From Camelus ferus (taxonomy: Eukaryota), in contig NC_045696.1 of NCBI RefSeq assembly GCF_009834535.1, forward strand, positions 25,732,001-25,796,000: a stretch of DNA of 64,000 nt. Direction: 5' to 3'. The position numbers were made by a program, and so were the translations under genes. Of this stretch, positions 52,080-64,000 are shown one piece after another. The notes under the pieces were generated by a model. The model made no database searches and had not been told where the DNA came from. It was given only the letters and a program-made list of their open reading frames with translations. Within the stretch, counting starts at the first letter, position 1. Each line of letters starts with the position of its first letter.

Positions 52080-55000
52080 TGGTAGGGAACAGATGACAAT
52101 GGGGAACATATAGACAATCCCAGTAAGTGTAGCATTTTCCTTGGAAAAGTAAGAAGAGAAAAAAAAATCAAATTTAAACAACAAAAAAGTAGCAGTAAAA
52201 TAAACCCAGCAAACAAAATTCATCTATAAAGTCCTCTGAGTTTGTTTCAAATCCAGAAGATGAAGTCTAATGAACGCAATTAAGCCAGAGCTATGGTAAT
52301 AGAGCAAACCTTATGTGGATTGTATTTGAGGGGAGATGTTCTAAAGTCATTGAACAGTAATGATGCTATGATACTAAGAATACAGCAATATTTTATAGCA
52401 CCTTTACTGTCTACAATGTTTATTTATAATCAACTTGGATTATAATTAACAGAAATCTGAAACACTGTGTTTTAAATTGTTCAACATCTGTCCCTATAAA
52501 CAAAAGATAATACTATTAAAAAGGTGAAAGGAAACACTAATTGAAAATGGGATGTAATATCTGACATACTTGACCAAGTAAATTTTGCTGAAGGATATAA
52601 ATGTATTGGGATTCTGATGCAAATTATTCATTACAAGACAAAGAAAAATAATAGAAGTAGTTCTCAAAGTAATGACTTAGGGCTTGAATTTTACATGTTT
52701 TCCAAGGGCCTTTATGACTATACATAATTCATGAACCCACATTTCTTTAATGTTTGAGATTTTTTTCCCCTGGAAGTGTTTTTTAATGATTAGGTCACAT
52801 GACCAGAGCAGTCCTTTAATGTCCTTTAATGTCTTTCTTTTTCCTGGTTTATCATTTTTCCATTTTGCTTAGGAATACATTAGCCTTTGCTACATACCCT
52901 CAAAACATCTACTTTTGCAATCAGCTTGGAACAGAAAATGAACAGTGGGACCTAATTGAATATTATGTATTTAAGATGACTAAAATGAATGTAATTCTGA
53001 AGTAAGAAATGCATATTCATACACACAATAAAGATTAAAAGATGATCGCAAAATAGAGGAATATGTGTTAACTGAACGTATTTTGGTATGTACCAAAAGT
53101 ACTTAGTGAATATAAAAAATCTTGCTGTGCTGAAATGATTAAATGTTTCTATATGAAAATGGAAGCAGTTTCACACTTTACAAATTAGAACATTTTCACT
53201 TATAAATAGTTCATTTGACGTGTTAGTATGGTTTTTAATTTGAAAAAATCAGTTTTTGGAGGCTCTTATTTTTAATATTCTAGACATTTAGACAAATTCA
53301 ATATTTGGGGGGTCTTAGTTTTGCCTAGCAAATCATTACTATTGGCTACCATACCTCATCCTTAAGAGCTCCAAATTGCTTGGTAAATGGAGAAAAACAA
53401 TCATTCCTGATTACATTGAATGAAAACATTTAGGAGCACAGTGAATTTTTTTAAAAAATATGCTACAGAACAAACTAAATTTAAGTATTTTAATGCATTC
53501 GTAAAAGTTTGGGCTTGGTGACACTTTATTAACACAGACTTTTAAAAATGGGAATTTGGAAAGAATCTAATTTTGTTTATTTCTCAGTCTTTTCTCCTGG
53601 GAGAGTTTCCCTATATTAATTGCTTCTGTGCTCAGATGCTTCTAATTATTAACCTGCAGGTGCCTCTAATCACCGAGTCTTCCAGCAGAGTTTTGTTTGA
53701 GGGCCATTAGCTGTGATGCTTAATTACAACACCCCGTACCTAGTTTTGTGTACTGTTTGATCTTTCAGATGGCTTCCCAGACCTCAGAAAATAGTCATTG
53801 GCAATCATTTTCTACAATTAACCACAGTGCTCTGTATCTCTTTCTCTGTTATTAAATTGGATTGGAGTATACAGAATTATACAAGAGTTATTTCTTAAAG
53901 ATGAAGAGACTAAGCTCTAAGACATGCCTAATAGTGCTTACTCTCTAGGATATTCAAACCAAAAAAAAAAAAAATGTAAATTTATTCCTATATTAAAAAA
54001 TCTGAAACCTGAAGTACATATAAAAATGTATAGAGTCCCTGAATCTTAAAGTCTTCAGGATTCTTAGAAATACTCTAGTTCTTGCATTTTAAAATGACAG
54101 AAGTGTAGTTGTGATAGACTTCAACCTGAAGGAGACTTTTCTGTTTCTGAGCATCATCTGCTGTATCGCACGTTTTGACTCCTCACTTCCCAGACCGTTT
54201 TCAAAACCTTCAGGAATATGTCAAATTGGAATAACGTCAATGTTAGGGCATATGTCTGCTGTGAAATTATTCTAGAACTACAAACTATGTATCTTCTTTT
54301 TCACATCAGAATAAATTACATGTTGAATAAAAATCAACATGCAAATAAAGATGTTCATAGGTCAGGAGTTTGCTCCTACTCAGAGTGCTTATTTGGATCT
54401 CTGAATATATCTTTTGACCCAGACGTGGCAGCTAAATGGGGCACTATGATTATGGCCCTGACTACGGCAGAAAGCATGGAGTCAAGGCCTGATGTGTGAT
54501 CAAACCTAACTCTGTCTGCTGGTTTCCATGCCCGCCCTCCTAATTACTATTTGGTTTGACTCAGCAGGATCACCAGGGCATTTGATGTGTGGTAGATTGG
54601 TTTTCTTTGTGGGTGACATTTATTTTGTTTTATTTCTGATTCGTTGGTTGTAGGTTTGGGTTTTGTTGTTGCTGTTAGTTAGAATTGTGGTTTTAACAAT
54701 ACAGATTCCTGTAGAGGTGGAACGTGTGCTGGTAGTCCCTCATGTTCAGCATGAGAATTGTCATAACCTATGAGGTTACATAGCTCCATTTATCTTCCTG
54801 GATTTTACCTCTTCATGTAAAGTTAATCTTCAGCACATTTAAAAATACAATGCCATCACTTCCTCTCTCACAAATAACTCACTTCTCCTCCACAACGCCC
54901 CCTTTTCCCCAGCCTCTGGCTGCCACCTGATATTTCAAACACAGTATCAAAATAGCTTTTAAAAACACTTTGTGTTTGTTTTTCTTGAAAATAGCATTAG

Positions 55001-58000
55001 TATTTTTAGCACTTTCAGCATCTGTTACCTGTAGCATACTAAGCAAAAAATACCTTCAAGTAAAAAAAAAATAAAATTAGCAGAAATTGACAGTTCTGGA
55101 ATAAATTAAAAATTGGGGGTATAATTATATGATTTTCCAAATCCATCAAGACCTTTCTGGGGAAAGAAGTTACTAGTATTAATTTATTCACAATTATTTA
55201 TTACATTTTTTCATTATTAAATTTTTCTGCCCACCTATGAATTTGAAATGAATTTATGACTTTATGGTAGGAAACTAAAATTTTATTACACTGGAACTTC
55301 AACTTTTACATAGAAACTCTAAGCTGTGCTGTCAGTGAAGGAGAATTTTGAAGATGAATGACTCTTAAACATGATATTTCAAATGGAGTTGGGTTCACAA
55401 TCTTAACTGGTTTCTAATATCAATTTGTTATGTCCATGTTAAGGACACTAATATCTGTAAAAGGATATTAACCTGGAATTCTGCCTACAAAAAAAAAGAG
55501 AATGGCCTCTTTTGCTTGCATAATCCCAAATAAAAATATTATCATCATCTATTAGATTACTTATTTTAAGGTTGCTCTAAATTTTATAAAGCATTTATCA
55601 GCCATATTATAATGATTTCAAAGGAAACTTATTCTTCCTGAAGTAATTGCCTAGAATCATGAAAGATCATCGTATGTATAATTTACTCCATAACACATAA
55701 GTAAAAATGGCTGAATTAAAATCCTCATTGAAAATGTATATTATTTTTTGAAATCTATTATATAAGTCTACAGTATCAAATTCATTACTTCATGAGCTTG
55801 CAAGAGGAAAACTATTATAAGTATATAAGAAATCTTAACATATTATTGAAACATATTTTTAACAGCACTGTTACATTCGTTCACATTTTATAATTTGTAT
55901 AAGTCATCCCAAACTTTGTAGTCCTTAGCAAAGCCCCCTAATATGCTAGGAAAACAATCCACAGACCTGTTACCTCGATTCTTTATTCTAATCTTCCTGA
56001 GTAATGAGGTGACTTCAGTATATTAATAGTATCATTTTCTGGTTTTTATCCTCAACAGAGGCATATGATGGAAGCCATTTATCTCAAACCAATTTAGTAT
56101 CACACTATAGAAGACAGTAAATGGAAGAAATCTTGTATTATGATTTATTTCATGCCACATGATCTAAGGTTGCTAACTATCCATTTACTTTATCTGGTGT
56201 CCAATACAAGATTGCCTAATTAAATTCTGAAGTCCAAGGAATAGCTATTATCAAACCAATGGTTTCCTAAGATTGTTAAAAATACTCAGTGTAGAGTTTA
56301 TGATGGAACTTGTTGTTCAACAATGTTCTCTTTCAAGATTGCATTAGAGAGTTTTGCTTAAGAGAATCCTGGATTTAATTATTCAAGTTGAAGCTATATT
56401 CAGGCTACAGAGCAATACAGTGAGAGAAATTCAATTCTAGAGCTAGATACCAGCTGATTTTAGATGACCCATTATATATCATCTTTTGTTATCTATGGCA
56501 CATCCATAATAATTAATAAACATTTATCAGCCCTCTGTGTGAGCACACTAGGGGGTTTAATTATCTCTTCTCACTTAGTATGGGCGTAAACAATATTATG
56601 AATCATCTAAGTGGCACATCTTCGCTTGTTTTTTTAAATGATAGATAAAAAACTTCTTATTAGGAATGAAGTTTAAATTCAGGATTGTTCTGTTTTATAA
56701 TATAACAATTACAAATAGGACAGAGTATCTATCAGACAATTATCTCCATTGTCAGTTAATGAAATTTAATCTAATATAATCTATTTTTATAGAATAGTAA
56801 GAATTGATAAGCTTTTATGTGAAAATATGCAATATTTTAAAATTTTTTGTGATTAACTCTTCAAACACTTTTTTGAGAACCTATTATCCTCTAAAATGCA
56901 CTGGACACCAGGAATATAACAATTAAGAGAGAGTCCCTGTTCTCATGAACTCACTTTCTAGTCAGCCAGATGACTCTGGACAGAACCAAATATGATGCCG
57001 TTACAGCTGTAGAGAACAGTAGCAGAGAAGCCTTTCCAGAAGGACAGCTGGTATGTCAAATCAGGATTTACCAAGCAAGGCTCCCCTAGGACCAGGACCA
57101 CTGTTAGCTTCAGTTCTTAGCTTTTGAGATCCAGGAACAAGTTAGTTGTCAACAACTAAACAATCAAATCAAGGGAATGGATTTTTTAGAAACTAAGGGC
57201 TGTTGCAGTTTTTCATGTTATTATTCTTAACACTTTCCTATTATGTTTGAATCTTTTCTATTTTCAATTCTAATATCAATACCTATGTGAAAAGACTAAA
57301 CATTATATCCAAATGGGAGAAGGCTGTAGGGAATGTCTCACTGTCACATGTCACCTAATAGAAATAATACTTACAATAAACCACCTGCCAATAGCATAAA
57401 GGGGGTGAAATAAGAGCACAGAGATGGCTAATCTTTTTGAGAAGGTCTGGGACAGTGGAGTTGAGTCACACACTTACTTTAATTCTATTCAATAAACAGT
57501 GGACACAAGTAAGACTGCAACTCAAGAGCAAAAATGATAAAAGAAATGTGTGACTAATTTTAAGGCTTTCTTGAGACTTGGAGCCACACAGAAAATACTG
57601 ACTAGCCAAGACCTGGAGGATTTCACATAGGCTTGAATAAATAAACTATATATAGAGAGATCTATAGATAATTACATGTATGTATATATACATATATGTA
57701 TGTGTGTATAATACTGTTCCTAGTGGATAATTTAAATAATTTTCATGGATAATTTTGACTGTCCTCAATTTTTGCCTTAAAAAGGGACCTAAAAACTTAA
57801 ACTTGAGTAAGATTCAATATATAATATTATCCTTTGAGAAAAGGGGACTTTTGAATTGAGCCTGGAGTGTGCAGGAAATTTTGTTGAATAACAAAGGCAA
57901 AAGGATATAAGGTTGATGAAGTATGTGTTTATCAAACATAAAAAAGATTTATCTAGAGAGTGTAGGATTTCAAAGGTTAAGCTATACAAAAATAAAGCTT

Positions 58001-58269
58001 GTATGAAAATCACCATAACTTATTAATATTAGAGTTAATAAGCAAGTCAGAGCACTATTTCTACCCAAACTATCCCAGAATGTGTATTATCTAAAAATAT
58101 CAGTATTCACACACTTCTTCATTCTCTGTCCATAATTACCACATCACAGAAATAGAAGTCAAATTAAAGGCTATATGCAAACCACCCTTGACTGCTAAGG
58201 CCAGAGAAGACAGAATAAAGTGGATGGTACTTGGAACTATATCAGATACCTCTTAGTGCCACCTAAGAA

Positions 58270-58797
58270 CCTCTTAGTGGGATCTCTTGCTGAGACCATT
58301 GGATACTATCTCATTCCAGATACTACAACTGCTGACTTCTCATGGGCCAATATGACTGCATCTTGTTTCATGCCCACATAGCACACTTTGCCTTCCTCCC
58401 TGATGCTTTCTTATTGCTTCTGAGACATGAGACAGCATGGGACACATTAGGGCCACTAGCATGCAACCTGGAAGTTCATGTGTTTGGGTTAGGGGAAGAG
58501 TATGCTAATAGCTCATGAAGCAAACTTGTCACAATAGAAATGAGAGATGACAGATAATTTTTTCTTCTTTCTTTACCCTAATGTAGACCTAGATGCAGTA
58601 GTTCATGCTGCCTCTTACAATAAAGAGAAATTGTGCTTGACACAAAGTGTAAGCGGATTGGTAATGCACCTCCACATTTTTGTTCTTCTCCTCTTTCTTT
58701 TTCCCTCATTGTGACTTCCTTGGAAGAGTACTTCCCGATATAGTAATATTAGCACACACATTTTTGCTTGATGTTCTATGCCCTAAGGGCTAAGAGA
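58270..58797 (+). mobile_element. LTR16-like ERVL LTR
   Basis: CATGCAACCTGGAAGT, GTAATGCACCT and terminal GGGCTAAGAGA resemble the LTR16 family. Confidence 0.6.
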
Positions 58798-59299
58798 ATG
58801 ACTATACAAAAAAGTCTTACATAGTCCCCATAGTTTATGGATCGCCTTTAAGGAAACAGTCAAAGTTTTCGAAAACCAATGAGAAACACTTCAAAATTAT
58901 TTGTAGTAAGTTTTAGGGGTTAAACTTTTAGCAGACTGCAGCCCCCATCTCTTTAGAAAACAAAAACCAACAAAAAAACTCCAAATTTCCTGGCCCCAAA
59001 CACAATAAAGAATATTAAGCCCAGTCTCTGAGTTCATGGTCTTATATCTAGAGTGCAGTCCTCTGGCCAGAGAAGTATGGAATGTCAGTATTTCTTTTTT
59101 GCACTTCTATGCAAGGCAAAAGAATAAAAACTATCTCAAAGAATACTCCCTCAGACTTTTTCTATCCAAATTTCACTTTTAATTTCTTTCCAATTCACTT
59201 TCTGTTGGTAAGTCAATACTTTTAACTATGCCACATCTCTTTAAAATTCTTGTCTTTTGATTTTTGTATACTTAGAACTAGTCTACTGGCAGTTCCACT

Positions 59300-60370
59300 C
59301 TCTTTGGTCTCCTAACTTGGATATATTTAAATACTTGGTTATTCAATTTATTTTCTTCTTCCTTCACTGAAAAGCCCAATCATATGGCTCTAATATCTAC
59401 AACTTTTACCATGAGTGCTCCATTATACTCTTAGCAGTCGTATATTACCAACCGTTGTACAACTTCACCACTCCAACCTTTCATATTTTGACATTCCTCT
59501 GAATTTTCTAGCCCATCATCATCTTTATCTTGCATCATCCAAAGTTGTATTTAGCTCCCAAATGTAATACCTTGGCTTCTAATCACTATTCTCTTTATTT
59601 CTTATGAAAGCCACATTTAATTGTTTCTGATTACTCAGTTTCTTTCCAGCTCTGTTCAACCCAATTCTCAACATGTCTTTTAGACACACACCTTCTTTTC
59701 CATGACCACTTAGATGACTCTAGTCCAGACCATCATTGCATCATACCTGACTCTTAGAATGGATTTCTAAACAATATTCCAGCTACTCAGTTCATCATAC
59801 TACTGTTAGACTGAAATTCAGTTAGCCTGTCATTACCCTGCTTGAGAGATGACAGTAGTTCTCCATGTTGCATCCATTTTCTCTGCCTAACTTTTAAAAA
59901 TAGAATTAGTACATTTAAGTAGACATTTCAACATTCACTTCTTCGTTCATTTATTAATTTGTTCAAAATATTTGTGATAAGTCATGTGCTTATGGCTAGC
60001 ACATTTTTTTTCCCATAGAAACACCTACAATCTCATAGGTAGAAAGGGGTGGTAAAAATATAATTGTACTAGAATAGGTTAAATGTTGTCTACCTTAGGT
60101 GGATACTGTCAATATAGGGTTAATGTAGAAGAGGGTTAGAGAATTAGGACGCCTTCTCAAGGAAAGCTTCATTTAATGGAACACAAAAGATGAATAGAAG
60201 TTAGCAAGTAAAAGGGAAGTGAGTAATTGGGGAGTGATACTAACAGAATGTTTGGGAATCAGGAGAAAGCAGGTGCATTCATAAAACTGAAATGTAATAT
60301 GGCCAAGCCATAAAGTGGTAAGTGAGGGTGTGGTGAAAGATGAAACTAGAGAGGAAGGAAAGGACTGGGT
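59300..60370. mobile_element. Degenerate L2 fragments in both orientations
   Basis: CTCTAGTCCAGACCATCATTGCATC (+) and TTCATTTATT...AAAAGATGAATAGAAGTTAGC (-). Confidence 0.55.
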
Positions 60371-60557
60371 CTGGGCTGTCTGATGTGGTGGCCCCTAGCC
60401 AGGTGTGGCTACTTAAATGTAAATTACCTAAATTAAATATTTCATTCCTCAGTCATACATAAGAAGCACATTTGAAGTGTTTCTTAGCCACGTACAGGTA
60501 GTAGCTACCATATTGGACAGAGCAGAAAGACCATAGAAAGTTTTATTGGGCAGTGCT
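60371..60557. mobile_element. MER3 hAT-Charlie element
   Basis: CTAGCCAGGTGTGGCTA...GTAGCTACCATATTGGACAG...AGAAAGTTTTATTGGGCAG. Confidence 0.85.
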
Positions 60558-62849
60558 AATCTTGATCTTGGAAGGTGTACTAAGGTTTTCTTATGGAGTA
60601 ACCATCTGTATTTGTTGACAGGTTTTAAGCAGTAGTGTCTCTTTTGAAATTCTCTATTTAAAAAGAAAGATACGACATTTTATTTTTTAATGTGCACTTT
60701 TTGATGACTAGTGAGGTTGCTCTGCCTTTGCTTTGGGAAGCATTGTTTTAAAGATTGATGTAATAAGAAAAGCACTGGACTAGATTTCAATCTAAAAATT
60801 AGCCAGGTGATCCTAGGGAATCCCCTGGCTTTGTGGCTTCTTTGTTTTCTCAGTTTTTAAATAAGTGCATTAAGCTGCCATGCCCACTTGTTCTCACCTG
60901 TAGGTAATAAAGAGTTTAAAATAGAATAAATTAAGTTAAAAATAAATTTTATAAGAGGTTAGAACCTCTCTTCAAAGCAGTCGCAGCTGAGCCCTAAGAT
61001 GCAGTGGGGGTGTGTCAGAGGCAACACAGTGGTACATGGTGGTGGTGTGGTGGTGGTGGTGGCATGAGCTTCACCCTCTGTCTTCTCCACTCTCTCCACG
61101 CTTCAATCAAAGAAGCTTGGCTTGTTAAATTGAAATCTCTAGTATTTATGCATTAAAACCTGTTCTGCCACTAAAACCAATAAACCGAGTTCTCTCCAAA
61201 TTTTTTTTCTGAGATACTCTGATTCAATGAAACCTGGATTCTAGCACCGATATTCTTTTGCAGTCACATTATGGGTAAACTCAAGTGTGTGCTTTCCGTG
61301 GGGTGCATTTATTTGTCAGACCTCAGGAAGCCATATTAGACCTGTAATCTCAGGCTGAGTCTTGTCATAGCCCCACTCTGATTACTATCTGCATAAGATG
61401 GAACCAGTGAGTGGTTTAAGGGATAAAATATACTCCCTAAGGGTTAGATCAAATCCTGAGTGTTGAGAGTACTAACAAACTGTATCTAAATTTTTGGTAA
61501 CTATAGATTTATATTCATCTGACATTAGGGAATTCAAGATATTTTGTTAACTTTACCTGCATTCAGATCAAAATTGTATGGTTACTGGATAATAAGTTCC
61601 CAAAAGAAGCCTTTTAAGTGACTTTGTTAAGTATTTCGAGGGTGAACAGCAGAACCAGAGTTAATACTGATTTTCTAATATGAAAAGGGGTATGAGAATC
61701 CAATTAAAATAAATATGAATATGAATTGGTTACACTTTTATAACAACTTCAACCAAACTAATATGCATACTCCTTCAGGAATATAACTAAAGCAATATAT
61801 GGGAAGAATTGTGTTATCTAGGTTTTGTTTGCCGTACAACATGGCACTTTTTAGGGTTTATAAATCACTGTCTACACATTACTCTAAAAAAAAGCCTTTG
61901 ATTATCTCATACCACTGGAGGACTCCAAGTTTTAATCAGTTCCATTAAGAGTCAAGGAAGCTGATTTATTGGCTCATTTTCTGGTGTGAATGTTCACATG
62001 TGTGTAATGTTTAAAATCCTCTAATCTCTGTGGAGCCTCTTTAGTTCATGCTTCCTCCAGAAAATATTATCTGTTGAGGACTAATAACCTTTAACATAAA
62101 AGCCAATTTTTCCTGGATCTTGTAATCCCCTCAAAAGTTGACAGATTGTTTGGTCAGAACTTTGAGAAATTTTCTTCATCGCTTTTATTCATTCTTCACA
62201 CTGTTTATACGCCACAGTGGCTCCTCTGTTGGAGCCAGGCCTACACAGCTTCCTATGACCTTCTCCAAATCATAGCTGTGCCCCCAAGGTTTGACTGATG
62301 ATAGGTGTTGAGAATCTGATTCCTATTTACAATGATAGAGAGAAGCCCTTTACTGAGCCAAGTTTCTGGCTGAGACTGGACTGGCTCAGTTGCCCAGTGT
62401 AGGCAGTGAGGCTGATTTTTTAGTCTCAGCATTTGAGTTCAATGTAACTAACTCATGGGTAAGAGACTTGAAGTATAGGTGCTTTTTGTTTGTTTGTTTG
62501 TTTGTTTGTTTTAAGATGTGTAGCTTGTTGGGGTTTAGGATCTTAAAGAAATGGATATTAAGAAATGTTTGGGAGAGCTAATATCTGAGATATTAACAAA
62601 ATCGCAGAAGAGGATAATCAAGGACCAGCACAACTGGAAAGTAGCTTTCCTATACGAGGAACTAAGGGGAGCAAAATGAAAAACATCATTGTAAGAATAT
62701 GCTGATGAAATACAGTGAAAATGTTTAGTATTTCAAAGTCAGCATATTGACACATGGAAATAAAATCAGTGACTCTATTTAATAGTGGTAATGTTATAAT
62801 AATAGTATTTACCCTATCTGAGTGCCCAGATGCCAACAAAAATTCCAGT

Positions 62850-63440
62850 TTTTTTAGGTTTCCAATTTGTTGTCTGACATTCCAAACTGCCTTCAGTTCT
62901 CTCCTTATGTGGGTGAAATTTCCTGGTCCAACATAATAATCACTCTTTTAAGTAACATCCTCTCCTGGGTTGCCATGTTTCCCTTCATCTGCCCTATTCA
63001 TCTGGCAAAAACACAACTCTTGTTAAATTCTTCGCTTACCCTTCGCCTGCATAGTGGGAGAGAAACACACAATTAGACTGGCTTGATTTATTTTAGATTC
63101 ATGGCTGATAACCTCCAATGGAGCCAGGAACTCCTCCTTCATTTCTCTAGCCAATTTATTTCTCTCTTTGCAAGATGAATACTTCAGGCCTTTTCCACTA
63201 TCCTCAAACCTATAAGACATCTTCTCGCCTCCTTCTCTAAGTTGATCATTTTGCTTGTTAATTCATTGAGGATATACAAGCTATTAAAGAGAATCTCCAC
63301 ATATTCCAACAGCTCTTCAACCTACCTTCCCCTTTACCTGTATACTGTGACCAACCTCCTACCTCAAAAGGCAACTATTCTGGCTTCTGCCTAAGAACAA
63401 CTTCTCCAGCTGATACACTGGATTCTATCCCATCCCTGGG
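62850..63440 (+). mobile_element. L2 ORF2 remnant
   Basis: ATAATCACTCTT, CTGGCAAAAACACAACTCT, TGGGAGAGAAACACACAA, TTCATTGAG..ATACAAGCTAT and CACTGGATTCTATCCCATCC. Confidence 0.7.
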
Positions 63441-64000
63441 GATATGACAGTTTTATTAATTAACTGAAATTAAAAATTTGGCTGCCTTTTTGAAAATATA
63501 TAATAAACAATATCCTTTGAGTTATTTTTACAATATTATTATTATTATTATTATTTTTATTCCCTCACACTTTGACCAGATGCTTGCATGCATGGACTCA
63601 TTTAATTCATTACTATATCATTTAAAAGGAACAGAATGGTCAGGGGCAACTCTAGGAATAGGAAAGAAGAAATCCCACAAAATCATAGTAATGTCTAATT
63701 GAACATACTGATTGTTTCATCCTGAACTATTTCAACTAGTTCATTTTTCTTTTTATAAGCAAAAAATAAGTAATTTCCCAATATATAAGCCTATACATTG
63801 TTAAAAAGTTCTGTCTAATTGATATGAAAAATGTTCAATTTCTCAATAAGGATTAGTAAAGAATTGCCTTGAGCAGTGGTTTCTCTTTCGGAAGTCATGG
63901 TCCGTACTTTTGTTTAGGCAACAGTATCCATTATCTCTCAAGAAAAAAATCCCTTTCTCCTCCTTCACTAAACTTACTACCATAACTTGCATTACAACTT

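Noticed and set aside
1..64000. Short ORFs (60-121 aa) in the track as genes
   Set aside because: They have low-complexity F/L/I/K-rich composition, many use TTG/GTG starts, show no domains and often overlap repeats. This is expected by chance in mammalian non-coding DNA.
1..64000. Prokaryotic-type systems (CRISPR arrays, operons, defence islands), tRNA or rRNA genes
   Set aside because: I found no repeat-spacer array, no gene-dense region and no recognisable tRNA/rRNA sequence. The DNA is clearly eutherian.

Overview
AT-rich, CpG-depleted, non-coding placental mammal DNA, most likely a gene desert or a large intron. I find no supportable protein-coding gene, RNA gene or CRISPR array. The only recognisable ORFs in the track are fragments of L1 ORF2 and of a dead Tigger1 transposase. 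The window is a mosaic of ancient eutherian repeats (L2, MIR, MER2/3/5/63, Tigger1, MLT1/MaLR, LTR16-like, MER34-like, old L1M) plus younger insertions. The younger set comprises a cetartiodactyl-type, probably camelid, L1 and a 640-bp ERV1-type solo LTR with a perfect TSD. The best-supported structure is a two-LTR MaLR provirus (45352-48526) carrying two nested insertions. Several repeat-free, motif-dense islands look like candidate conserved enhancers, the best at about 42.7-43.4 kb. I see no evidence for a new biological system. Repeat family names come from recalled consensus sequences, not a database search, and boundaries of old repeats are approximate.
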